Assembly (NCBI GenBank): GCA_035527845.1
Contig: DATKZT010000083.1
Span: forward strand, 7,304 to 31,303
Reading direction: 5' to 3'
DNA from: Sedimentisphaerales bacterium
GTDB taxonomy: Bacteria > Planctomycetota > Phycisphaerae > Sedimentisphaerales > Anaerobacaceae
Length of the DNA stretch: 24,000 nt
The notes under the pieces were generated by a model, which did not search any database, had not been told where the DNA came from, and saw only the letters and a list, made by a program, of their open reading frames with translations. The translations under genes and the position numbers were made by a program. Positions 9,119 through 15,943 of the stretch are shown here, piece by piece (position 1 is the first letter of the stretch; every line of letters begins with the position of its first letter).

Positions 9119-10543
9119 CTACGATTGAAACGAAGCCGCCTTGTATTGGGACCTGCTCAACTGCGTGAAACAATCCGCACACAACAGTTGGCCGGAATCA
9201 ACCTTGACCAGGCGGTGTGCCTGCACATCCTTCCTGCCGCAGCATTGGCAATCCTCAGCTCTAACCGCCGTGTCAAGGATTTCAATCAAATCGGCTTGAT
9301 ACTTTTCTATTTCTTCCGCTTTGGCCATCGCCTCGGCAAGTATTTCAGCCCGCTCGCCCGCCTGAGTTTCCAGAGCCGCCCTTTGCCGGGCCTCATTCTC
9401 TGCCTCGTGTTCAGCGCGTGCACATTCTTGCGCCAGCGCCTCTGCCGCAGCTTCTGCTTCTTCTCTTGCTTGCGCCTCGGCGTTCGCGGCCTTTTCCGCT
9501 TCGATTCTCGCCTCTGTTTCAGCCCTCGCAACCTGCTCGGCTTGTGCCCTCGCCGTTATTTCCTCCTGAACTTCGGCCTCGGCCGCGACCCTCTGCCGCG
9601 ACTCTGTCTCAGCCCTGTCTTGAGCATCCGCTGCCGCTTGCCGCGCAGCTTCAATTGCCGCCTGCATCCGTGCAATTTGTTGAGCATGAGCGGCGGCCTG
9701 CTGTGCCGCCTCGCTCTCCACCTTCGAACTTCTGTAGGCCGCATCTTGTGCCTTTGCTTCCGCCTGCGCCCTCGCCTGTGCGTGCGCCTCCGCGGCCGCT
9801 TCTGCCTTTGCTCTCGCCTGCGCCTCAGCCGTTGCAGCCTTTTCCGCGTCCACTCTTGCCTGCGCCTCAGCCCGCGCCCTTTGCTCGGCGCGCACCCTCG
9901 CGCTTGCATGTTCGGCAAGTTTCGCCTCAGCCGCACACCTCCTTTGCCCCTCAGCCTGCGCGGCCTTTTCAGCCTCCAGCCTTGCCTGCAGCTCAGCCTG
10001 CGCCCTCTGCTCCGCCTGCTCTCTCGCCTTCGCCGCTTGGGCAAGCTTCGCCTCCGCAGCCACACGCCTTTCAGCCTCCACCCTCACTTGGTTCTCAGCT
10101 TCGACCCGCGCCTGCGTTGCAGCTTTGACCTGCTGTTGGGCGTATGCCCTCGCTCTCGCTTCCTGCTGGGCCTTTGCCTCCGCCGCCACACGCTGACCCC
10201 GTTCCGCTTCCATCTGAAGCTCCGCTTTTACTCTGCCTTCCGAATGTTGCCAGCACTTTCGCTTTGCCCTTTCCAGAGCGTCCGCGTATGATTCCTGTTC
10301 ATCCTTCTTTTCTTCGATACACGGCTGGCACGGCCAATGCCGCTGCCGACAAGTCTGACATATCGGAACGGTCTTTCCAGTGGAAGCGACCCCGCAGATG
10401 CCTTCCACTGCCTTGGTGGTTAGCTCTTGAGATTTCACTTTGAATGGACCTCGCAAAATGGATTTTCCCGCCCGCCGCGCCTTACCGAGACCGGCTGAGC
10501 TTTTTTCGACATCCCCAATTATATTATACTCGTTTTGTCGCAA
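9119..10543 (-). CDS. Zinc-ribbon-flanked Ala/Glu/Arg/Gln-rich coiled-coil repeat protein
   Basis: The N-terminal Cys cluster CGVASTGKTVPICQTCRQRHWPCQPC and the C-terminal CQCCGRK...(17)...CADC flank about 330 aa of AEAxA-type helical low-complexity sequence. That sequence includes 3 recognisable ~44-aa repeats (RVAAEAKLAQ...ARLEAEKAAQAE / CAAEAKLAEH...ARVDAEKAATAE / RVAAEAEVQE...ARIEAEKAANAE). The start is uncertain: TTG at 10543, or GTG at about 10436 with GAGG upstream. Confidence 0.6.
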   Translation of the reverse strand: MRQNEYNIIGDVEKSSAGLGKARRAGKSILRGPFKVKSQELTTKAVEGICGVASTGKTVPICQTCRQRHWPCQPCIEEKKDEQESYADALERAKRKCWQHSEGRVKAELQMEAERGQRVAAEAKAQQEARARAYAQQQVKAATQARVEAENQVRVEAERRVAAEAKLAQAAKAREQAEQRAQAELQARLEAEKAAQAEGQRRCAAEAKLAEHASARVRAEQRARAEAQARVDAEKAATAEAQARAKAEAAAEAHAQARAQAEAKAQDAAYRSSKVESEAAQQAAAHAQQIARMQAAIEAARQAAADAQDRAETESRQRVAAEAEVQEEITARAQAEQVARAETEARIEAEKAANAEAQAREEAEAAAEALAQECARAEHEAENEARQRAALETQAGERAEILAEAMAKAEEIEKYQADLIEILDTAVRAEDCQCCGRKDVQAHRLVKVDSGQLLCADCFTQLSRSQYKAASFQS

Positions 10544-11045
10544 ATGTCAAGCCCGAACCGCCCTCGATTCGCGCACCGCTGATTATGGGACCGCACCCGC
10601 AGTGCAAATCACACGCCCCTCGGCCGATATTAAACCAGATACAGACACTATAACCCCGCAATCTCGCCCCACTAACGCACCAACGAACCCCAGACATTTC
10701 CTGATGGGAAAAGACAATCCGCCAAATATAATTGCACATGGTAAATGCCGCTTCCCCCTCGTAGCGACCCATCCTCCGTAGCCCCGAAAGGGCGTAGTAG
10801 GGAAGCGAAGATCCGCCAACATGTCCGTCATACCTTCAGCGCAGACGGAAGCCTCGTCCGAAGGAGGCCCCCCATTAATCAATAATCAATTATCCTTCAT
10901 TATTTCAAACACCCTCCCCCCGCCTCCACAATTTTGCCTTTTACATTTTCACTTATGATTTTCCCCCCTCCCTGACTCCAATCCGGGTGTTTTATGGTCC
11001 CTGTGATAAAGCGGGCTTTGAACGAGTCCTTCCTGTTTTCCACAA

Positions 11046-11077
11046 TAAAAAAGGCCGGGAGACTAATCCTCCCGGCC
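11046..11077 (-). terminator. Rho-independent terminator of the fusexin-like gene
   Basis: On the minus strand: GGCCGGGAG (11077-11069), a 7-nt loop, CTCCCGGCC (11061-11053), then TTTTTT (11052-11047). It lies 31 nt downstream of the stop at 11109. Confidence 0.75.
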
Positions 11078-11108
11078 CTCTGCCGTGTTATGAAACCTCA
11101 AATGCTTA

Positions 11109-12776
11109 TCACTCCGCCTCGGCGCCTGCAAGCCAGCACCTCGCCAGGTCGGCAAAATCGCGGAAATCGACCACTTTATCGCATGTGCTGTCACCAAGTA
11201 CGGAGACGCCTTCACCGGTTATGGATGCTTCATTTTTTTGTTGGAGCTCCCACGAATAATCGCTCCGGTGCTTTTTAGTGTCAAATTTAGCGACAACCTT
11301 ATCATATACTTTGCCGGTAGGTGATTTCAGGGTCACCAGACCCTCGTTTGAGGTATCCATGTTGTACTTGGTATAAATATCGAAAGAAAGCTCGGTTGAT
11401 TGATGTCGAGCCACCGTTCTTGCCTGCGCGCCAATTGCATTGAGTATATTCATATTAAAATCTGTACATGTAACAATATAATCTGTGTTCCCCGGCGTGT
11501 CGCCCATATTACGGATCATTACATGTAAGGTTCCTTCACGAGACATGGAGTTAAAGTCCTCCACGTAAGCGTAGTCAATGATGCCGACGGATTCATTTAC
11601 AGTGCTTTTGATACTGCCCCGCTCCAAAGTAAGGGAAACCAGGGAGTGGTTGATCTCGGTAATTCTGTGTTGAAGGATTTTTGCCATTCCCGAGGTGAAG
11701 TACATTGACTCTTCGAAGGGCTTCTTTTGATGGACCAGGTAAGTCGCATCAAAATTCGGATCTACCGTTAGTTTCTCCAAATCCGAGTTATGTTTTTGAT
11801 ACAACTGGTTATGCAGGCCGTCCCCGGCTTGAGATATCGTCCAGTTGCCTGCCTGCGTCCTGAATTTATAGAAGCTGACCCCGACCTTATCAAGCTCTCC
11901 CCCGTCCTTTGAAACCTCTTCTCTTGGCACCAACAGCATATTCTTCTGGTATTGCTGAACCATTGGATGATCAACAGGCTTTGAAGGAATATAAAGAATG
12001 TAGTTGTCAAGCTCCACTGCACCCGAGTATTCATCCAAATCGCCCAAAAGCGCTGCTTTTACTTTTATGTTGGTCTCCTCCGGGTCCGGCACATGAACTG
12101 TATCCGCCGGAGTAACTACGAACGTATAAATGTCCTCTCCCCTTATCATCTCAACTTTAACTTCATAATATTTTTTGTATTCACCAATCTCATAGCCGTC
12201 GAAATAAACCTCTCCCATTTTTAAACAGTGCGCGGTAGAGAAGGGGGCTTCGTTGGGATGCTCGCCGTAAAGTTCTTTTCCCCGCCACCAGGAACACGGC
12301 GAATCGATGATATCATGCACGCAAAATCCCTGGGAGTGTTCGACCTTTTCACCGTCAATATACGTCCATCCGCACGTCGGACAGTTCGAGTCCGGGCTGT
12401 CCATACACACAAAGCAGGGGCCCGTCGTATTCGGCTCTTTAAGCACTTGTTCATAAGGATAATAAGCGACCGTATGAAAGTAAGTTAACGGGTAATTTAG
12501 GATAGGCACGCTTTTGGTAATTGTAAGTTGTTCTAAATTTGGGTCGCCCGAGTTAAGCTCTAATACTAAACTTTGCGACAAGCCGTAGGATACTGGGAAC
12601 GTAACGACAATCCTGTCCTCGCAGGTTAGTCCACTAACGTCGCTATTCACGCAGTCCGTGATTTCTGTAGCTTGTATCCCTTGCGCATTGGCGGCGCACG
12701 GCAATATGATACACCCTGCAAATACCAACAGACACAAAAGAACCCACACTTTCGAATTGTTGCTCTTGTTCGACAT
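11109..12776 (-). CDS. HAP2/GCS1 (fusexin)-like secreted protein with a C-terminal dockerin-like motif
   Basis: AAGGAG SD lies 7 nt upstream of the ATG. The N-terminus MSNKSNNSKVWVLLCLLVFAGC fits a lipobox, with an alternative SPase I site after ANA. The ectodomain is collinear with HAP2 motifs as I recall them: LTCEDRIVVTFPV, TITKSVPILNYPLTY, CPTCGWTYIDGEKVEHSQGFC, STAHCLKMGEVYFDGYEIG, ALLGDLDEY, NMLLV...DGGELDKVGVSFYKFRTQ, GLHNQL, and the domain-III-like HVMIRNMGDT...DYIVTCTD. The C-terminus VVDFRDFADLARCWL is dockerin-like. No C-terminal TM helix. Confidence 0.75.
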   Translation of the reverse strand: MSNKSNNSKVWVLLCLLVFAGCIILPCAANAQGIQATEITDCVNSDVSGLTCEDRIVVTFPVSYGLSQSLVLELNSGDPNLEQLTITKSVPILNYPLTYFHTVAYYPYEQVLKEPNTTGPCFVCMDSPDSNCPTCGWTYIDGEKVEHSQGFCVHDIIDSPCSWWRGKELYGEHPNEAPFSTAHCLKMGEVYFDGYEIGEYKKYYEVKVEMIRGEDIYTFVVTPADTVHVPDPEETNIKVKAALLGDLDEYSGAVELDNYILYIPSKPVDHPMVQQYQKNMLLVPREEVSKDGGELDKVGVSFYKFRTQAGNWTISQAGDGLHNQLYQKHNSDLEKLTVDPNFDATYLVHQKKPFEESMYFTSGMAKILQHRITEINHSLVSLTLERGSIKSTVNESVGIIDYAYVEDFNSMSREGTLHVMIRNMGDTPGNTDYIVTCTDFNMNILNAIGAQARTVARHQSTELSFDIYTKYNMDTSNEGLVTLKSPTGKVYDKVVAKFDTKKHRSDYSWELQQKNEASITGEGVSVLGDSTCDKVVDFRDFADLARCWLAGAEAE

Positions 12777-13934
12777 GACAATCTCCTTTCTAACCGGTGT
12801 AATTAATGAATTTTGTTGATAAAAATTTTCTTACCCTTATTCCTGCCTCCTCAAGAAGGTTGTTGAAGTTATTGTTTTTCGCAAACCGGCGCGATTGCCT
12901 CCCGGACAATACGCACCGGCCGGCGGACTGCCCACGCCCGGGTTCTTGCGCTGTTTTGCTGAAATGCCTCTCGAAAATGGCTGGTGACGGGGCGCTGCCC
13001 CATATTCGCGTCTCCCAGAGTTCTCGCGTCCTCCGTACATCCAAAGACGCTCCTCCCCCCCAAATTCGCCGCCGCCCAAACCTTGGCCGTGGCTGATATA
13101 AGGAAACTCTATTTAGCGGGGGAAAACCGGTACTTCGGCCAAAAAAGATGCTCATCTCGCCTTCTCCCGCTCCTGTGTCCGCCGATACGAAAGGCGGGCG
13201 GGAACCGTTTCTTCTATACGCCAGACTCCGAAGCGGTCATTACAAATCTACCGCATCCACACCCGCTTGTCAAGCAAAATATCCCTTTACCCCGTTACAA
13301 ATATCCCGCCCACTCCCTCCCCCACATCTTACGTGCCTATAAGCCTGCCCCTGCGAACCCCGGAGGCACCGACCTCCCTTACGGAGGATTTCTAACCGGG
13401 TCCTATCCACCACCCGCTACCCACCGTTTACCCCGTTAGAAATAAGCCGCCTCTTGGCCCAACTCCCGGCCCCCGATCCACGAACCACCAAAAAGAATTT
13501 CCCTTTACTTCCGCCCCAAAATCGGGTATAATTCCCCCCCAAATGGAACAGCGTGGAATAATGCGGAAAAGCCAATTAATTACGACCCCAGCCCAAAATT
13601 CATCCCGTGAGATGATTCTTTACCCCATGAGATGCGTTAGGTATCTCATCGCACCTATCTCACCGGGATTGCCCATCTTGCCAAGTCATTACGAGTCACG
13701 AGCCACCAGCCACGAGTCACGAATTACAAGCCGCCTAAAACCCAGGAATCCTGCCCCGAAAGTCAAAATGTACGAAGGATTACGTATGAATTTATCAGCA
13801 AATTGTGCAAAACGAACCCAATTTCCAAAACAGCCAAAATCAACGCAAACCCTGTTCCCACAAAGGATTACGAAAATACAACCCCTTCGGCGGCACCCAA
13901 AAACGAACCCAAACGAACCCAAACGAACCCAAAG

Positions 13935-14208
13935 CAAACCCAATTTTTGGCTCATAAACGCCCCCCAAAGCCAAAACGAACCCAAACGAACCCAACTTGT
14001 CGCGGCGAAGCCTGCTTGCCACGGCGAAGTTTCATACGAAGCTGGGTGGCGAAGCCGGAACGAACCCAAAACAAACCCAATTTTTGGCCCATCAGGGGCC
14101 CCCAAAGCCAAAACGAACCCAAACGAACCCAACTTGTCGCGGCGAAGCCTGCCTGCCGCGGCGAAGTCCTCTACGAAGCCTGGGTGGCGAAGCCGGAACG
14201 AACCCAAT
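13935..14208. repeat. Two tandem copies of a 137-bp unit (~90% identical), rich in ACGAACCCA and GGCGAAGCC submotifs
   Basis: Unit 1 (13935-14071) and unit 2 (14072-14208) align base for base: CAAACCCAATTTTTGGC...CCAAAGCCAAAACGAACCCAAACGAACCCAACTTGTCGCGGCGAAGCCTGC.TGCC.CGGCGAAGT.....ACGAAGC.TGGGTGGCGAAGCCGGAACGAACCCA. Extra ACGAACCCA copies lie upstream (13899-13930, 13812-13820). All three forward frames are open, so this is not coding. Confidence 0.85.
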
Positions 14209-14260
14209 TTCGAAAGCTAAAGGATCTGAGCATGGGATGGCTACTGATGAATTGTGGAAA

Positions 14261-14333
14261 TGAGAGTGCTGGGGCTCGAACCCAGGACCTACGGCTTAAA
14301 AGGCCGTTGCTCTACCGGCTGAGCTACACTCCC
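14261..14333 (-). tRNA. tRNA-Lys (anticodon UUU), 73 nt, CCA not encoded
   Basis: The minus-strand sequence GGGAGTG TA GCTC AGCCGGTA GAGC A ACGGC CTTTTAA GCCGT AGGTC CTGGG TTCGAGC CCCAG CACTCTC A folds as a canonical cloverleaf. The 7-bp acceptor stem has one G-U pair. The D, anticodon and T stems all pair fully. Confidence 0.92.
14293..14333. repeat. attL: 41-bp direct repeat equal to nt 1-41 of the tRNA-Lys
   Basis: GGCTTAAAAGGCCGTTGCTCTACCGGCTGAGCTACACTCCC recurs at 21008-21048 with one mismatch (G at 14317 versus T at 21032), at an offset of 6715 bp. Confidence 0.85.
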
Positions 14334-14368
14334 CAACCGTATGAGTTATAAGGACTTATCTTCACGCC
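14334..14368. repeat. Left terminal inverted repeat of the element (partner 20974-21007)
   Basis: The reverse complement GGCGTGAAGATAAGTCCTTATAACTCATACGGTTG aligns with the plus strand at 20974-21007, GGCGTGAAGATAAAAGACTTACAACACGGGGTTG. The first 13 nt are identical, then CTTA(T/C)AAC, CGG and TTG match. Confidence 0.6.
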
Positions 14369-14373
14369 GTCAA
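14345..14373 (-). promoter_or_regulatory. Element-borne sigma70-type promoter driving the reconstituted tRNA-Lys
   Basis: Minus strand: TTGACG (14373-14368), 17 nt, TATAAC (14350-14345), ending 11 nt upstream of tRNA position 1. Confidence 0.55.
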
Positions 14374-14414
14374 ACACTTTTTACCTCAAAATCTCAAAAT
14401 ACGTCAGTTTTACG

Positions 14415-15587
14415 TCAAACAGCATTTATCAGCGCGTCCATTCCGCGGGCTGCTCTGGCGCGATCTTGTTCGGTGAGGCAGTCGTAAAACTTCGCAGTCG
14501 TGCTGAGGGATCGATGCCCCATTAGCCGTTGTGTTATGGCCATGTCCGAGTTTATCAAGGCCCAATTCTTGCCCGCGCATTTTCGCAGCGTGTGAATTGA
14601 CAATGATTCATCGGGCCCGGCCACAATGCCGGCCTTCCGGCAGTGTCTTTGAAACTCCCGATTCGCGTTGCGAAACGCCGCCTGCCAGCGCCATGTCCCT
14701 TTTGCCTTGCGGTGTGCTTGCCATTTTCGCTGCAACTCACTGCAGCGGCCCTGGTCAAGCACAATGTAAGGGCTCCGGAAACTTTGCACGCGAAGCCGCC
14801 GCAAAATCGTTATTGTCGATTCAGGCAGCCGCAATCGTCGCGTCCGTTCCCTCGGACTTTTCAGGCGAAACTCGGGCTCAGTATCCGTCCCTGACCGGCC
14901 CTGCAACAAAACTTCCCCCGTTTTCAAGTCCACGTCGCACCAACGCAGGGCCACCGCCTCAGCGAAGCGCAGGCCGCCCGTCCAGCACAGAGCATAAAAA
15001 GCCTGCCAGTGCAGCGACGGCGCAGCATCCAGAAGCCGCTTGAATTCATCCGGCGTGACGTAGTGCCAGTTGCGCGGATCGGGCAGCGCTTGCTTGACGC
15101 TCTCAAACGGATTGCGAATAACCCAGCCGAACGCCTGTGCCTGGCGAAACATCGTTCGGCAGTGCCGAAGGGTCCTGTGAATCGTCCAGCCTGACAGCTC
15201 TTGCCCCCGCACGGGCCGCAAACCCGAAATAAAATGCGCCGCTTCGTCGGGGCTGATGTCGGCGATTAGGCGTTCCGGCCCGAACCACTTTTGCAGGCGT
15301 GTCGCCGTGTTCCGATAGAGCTCGACGCTTGCCGGCCTGAGCGGCCGCGTTTGCAGGAACCTATCGCAGAGTACCTTCAGGCTTTCCGTCGGCTTGTCGC
15401 GCCTGGCCCCGCGCGAAAACTCATGCGCACGCTCTCTGGCGAGCTCCTCGGCCTGGGCCTTCAGACGAAACGATTTGCAATAGCGGCGTTGCTTTCCGGC
15501 GTGCGGATCATATTCCCCATACCACCGGACAATATAGGGTTTTTTTCTGTTCCGAGGTTCATAACCAATTGTGACTCTGGTGTTCAT
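14415..15587 (-). CDS. int: Tyrosine-type site-specific integrase
   Basis: 390 aa. The C-terminal catalytic region has GLRFAEAVALRW, HTLRKCAGKNWA and LMGHRSLSTTAKFY (the R...HxxR...Y signature). Sits next to the tRNA/att site. Confidence 0.9.
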   Translation of the reverse strand: MNTRVTIGYEPRNRKKPYIVRWYGEYDPHAGKQRRYCKSFRLKAQAEELARERAHEFSRGARRDKPTESLKVLCDRFLQTRPLRPASVELYRNTATRLQKWFGPERLIADISPDEAAHFISGLRPVRGQELSGWTIHRTLRHCRTMFRQAQAFGWVIRNPFESVKQALPDPRNWHYVTPDEFKRLLDAAPSLHWQAFYALCWTGGLRFAEAVALRWCDVDLKTGEVLLQGRSGTDTEPEFRLKSPRERTRRLRLPESTITILRRLRVQSFRSPYIVLDQGRCSELQRKWQAHRKAKGTWRWQAAFRNANREFQRHCRKAGIVAGPDESLSIHTLRKCAGKNWALINSDMAITQRLMGHRSLSTTAKFYDCLTEQDRARAARGMDALINAV

Positions 15588-15616
15588 GTTTCACGCTCCT
15601 TTCGGCTAAAAAATGA

Positions 15617-15880
15617 TTATCGGTTTGTCATTGCGTCAACAAACCTCTGCAATTCCGCTCTGCTGTAGAGCAGATTCTTGCCAATCTTTGTAGCATTCAG
15701 CTTTTTTTTCTCCCGGTAGTGTCGCAACGTCTTTGCAGCGTTTGCCTTTTGGCTGTCCAAACGCAGAAAAAGTATCGCCTCGTGTTCGGTCAGAACTTCA
15801 GGACACGGCGAAAAGCCTCCTTTGCCATCCGGCAGAATTGCCGGGACCGCAAAACCGATATTTGTCCCTGCGTTGTCCAC
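15617..15880 (-). CDS. xis: Excisionase-like / MerR-type helix-turn-helix DNA-binding protein
   Basis: 87 aa. LTEHEAILFLRLD...TLRHYREKKKLNATKIGKNLLYSRAELQRFV matches the HTH_17/excisionase pattern. Lies immediately upstream of int on the same strand. Confidence 0.6.
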   Translation of the reverse strand: MDNAGTNIGFAVPAILPDGKGGFSPCPEVLTEHEAILFLRLDSQKANAAKTLRHYREKKKLNATKIGKNLLYSRAELQRFVDAMTNR

Positions 15881-15943
15881 TTTATCCTCAAAAGGGACGG
15901 GCGGGCCTATCGGGAGGTTTGCCCACCCGTCCAGGAGGTTTAC

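Noticed and set aside
8990-10291. A 433-aa plus-strand ORF, plus the 236-aa ORF at 9418-10128 and the 169-aa minus-strand ORF at 9556-10065.
   Set aside because: These are shadows of the GC-rich, Ala-codon-dominated coiled-coil gene, lying antisense or in alternative frames. Their translations are Leu/Arg/Pro/Ser/Cys low-complexity strings with no start context. The minus-strand frame at 9119-10543 has a coherent helical repeat structure and Cys4 motifs.
10544-11043. A 500-bp intergenic region with small hairpins (GCCC-CGAAA-GGGC at about 10783; CCTTC...GACG-GAAGCCT-CGTC...GAAGG at about 10833-10864). I examined it for a riboswitch or sRNA.
   Set aside because: I could not match any known RNA family signature (TPP, cobalamin, SAM, c-di-GMP, SRP, 6S, tmRNA) by eye, and the short stems are not distinctive. 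It probably holds the promoter or 5' UTR of the coiled-coil gene.
11109-12776. The hypothesis that the HAP2-like gene is eukaryotic contamination or a mis-assembly.
   Set aside because: The ORF is intron-free and has an AAGGAG SD, a bacterial-type signal peptide or lipobox and a canonical rho-independent terminator. Its C-terminal motif is shared with another protein in the window, and it is physically flanked by bacterial genes. A chimeric assembly cannot be excluded without reads, so that check is listed under the finding.
13353-13376. GCGAACCCCGGAGGCACC resembles the tRNA T-arm region (TCGAACCCAGGACCTAC). I considered it as a relic att site that would delimit a larger island containing the fusexin gene.
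   Set aside because: Only about 13 of 20 positions match, the segment cannot fold as a T-arm, and there is no flanking acceptor sequence. It is indistinguishable from chance, so no second att copy for a fusexin-containing island is visible in this window.
13899-14215. Considered whether the repeats form a CRISPR array.
   Set aside because: The units are 137-bp head-to-tail tandem copies with no unique spacers between short conserved repeats. No cas genes are nearby.
13543-14351. ORFs of 225, 182, 172 and 88 aa spanning the tandem-repeat region.
   Set aside because: All frames are open only because the repeats lack stop codons. The translations are PKRTQ/NEP low-complexity strings. One of the ORFs even runs through the tRNA gene. 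I treat them as non-coding repeat DNA.
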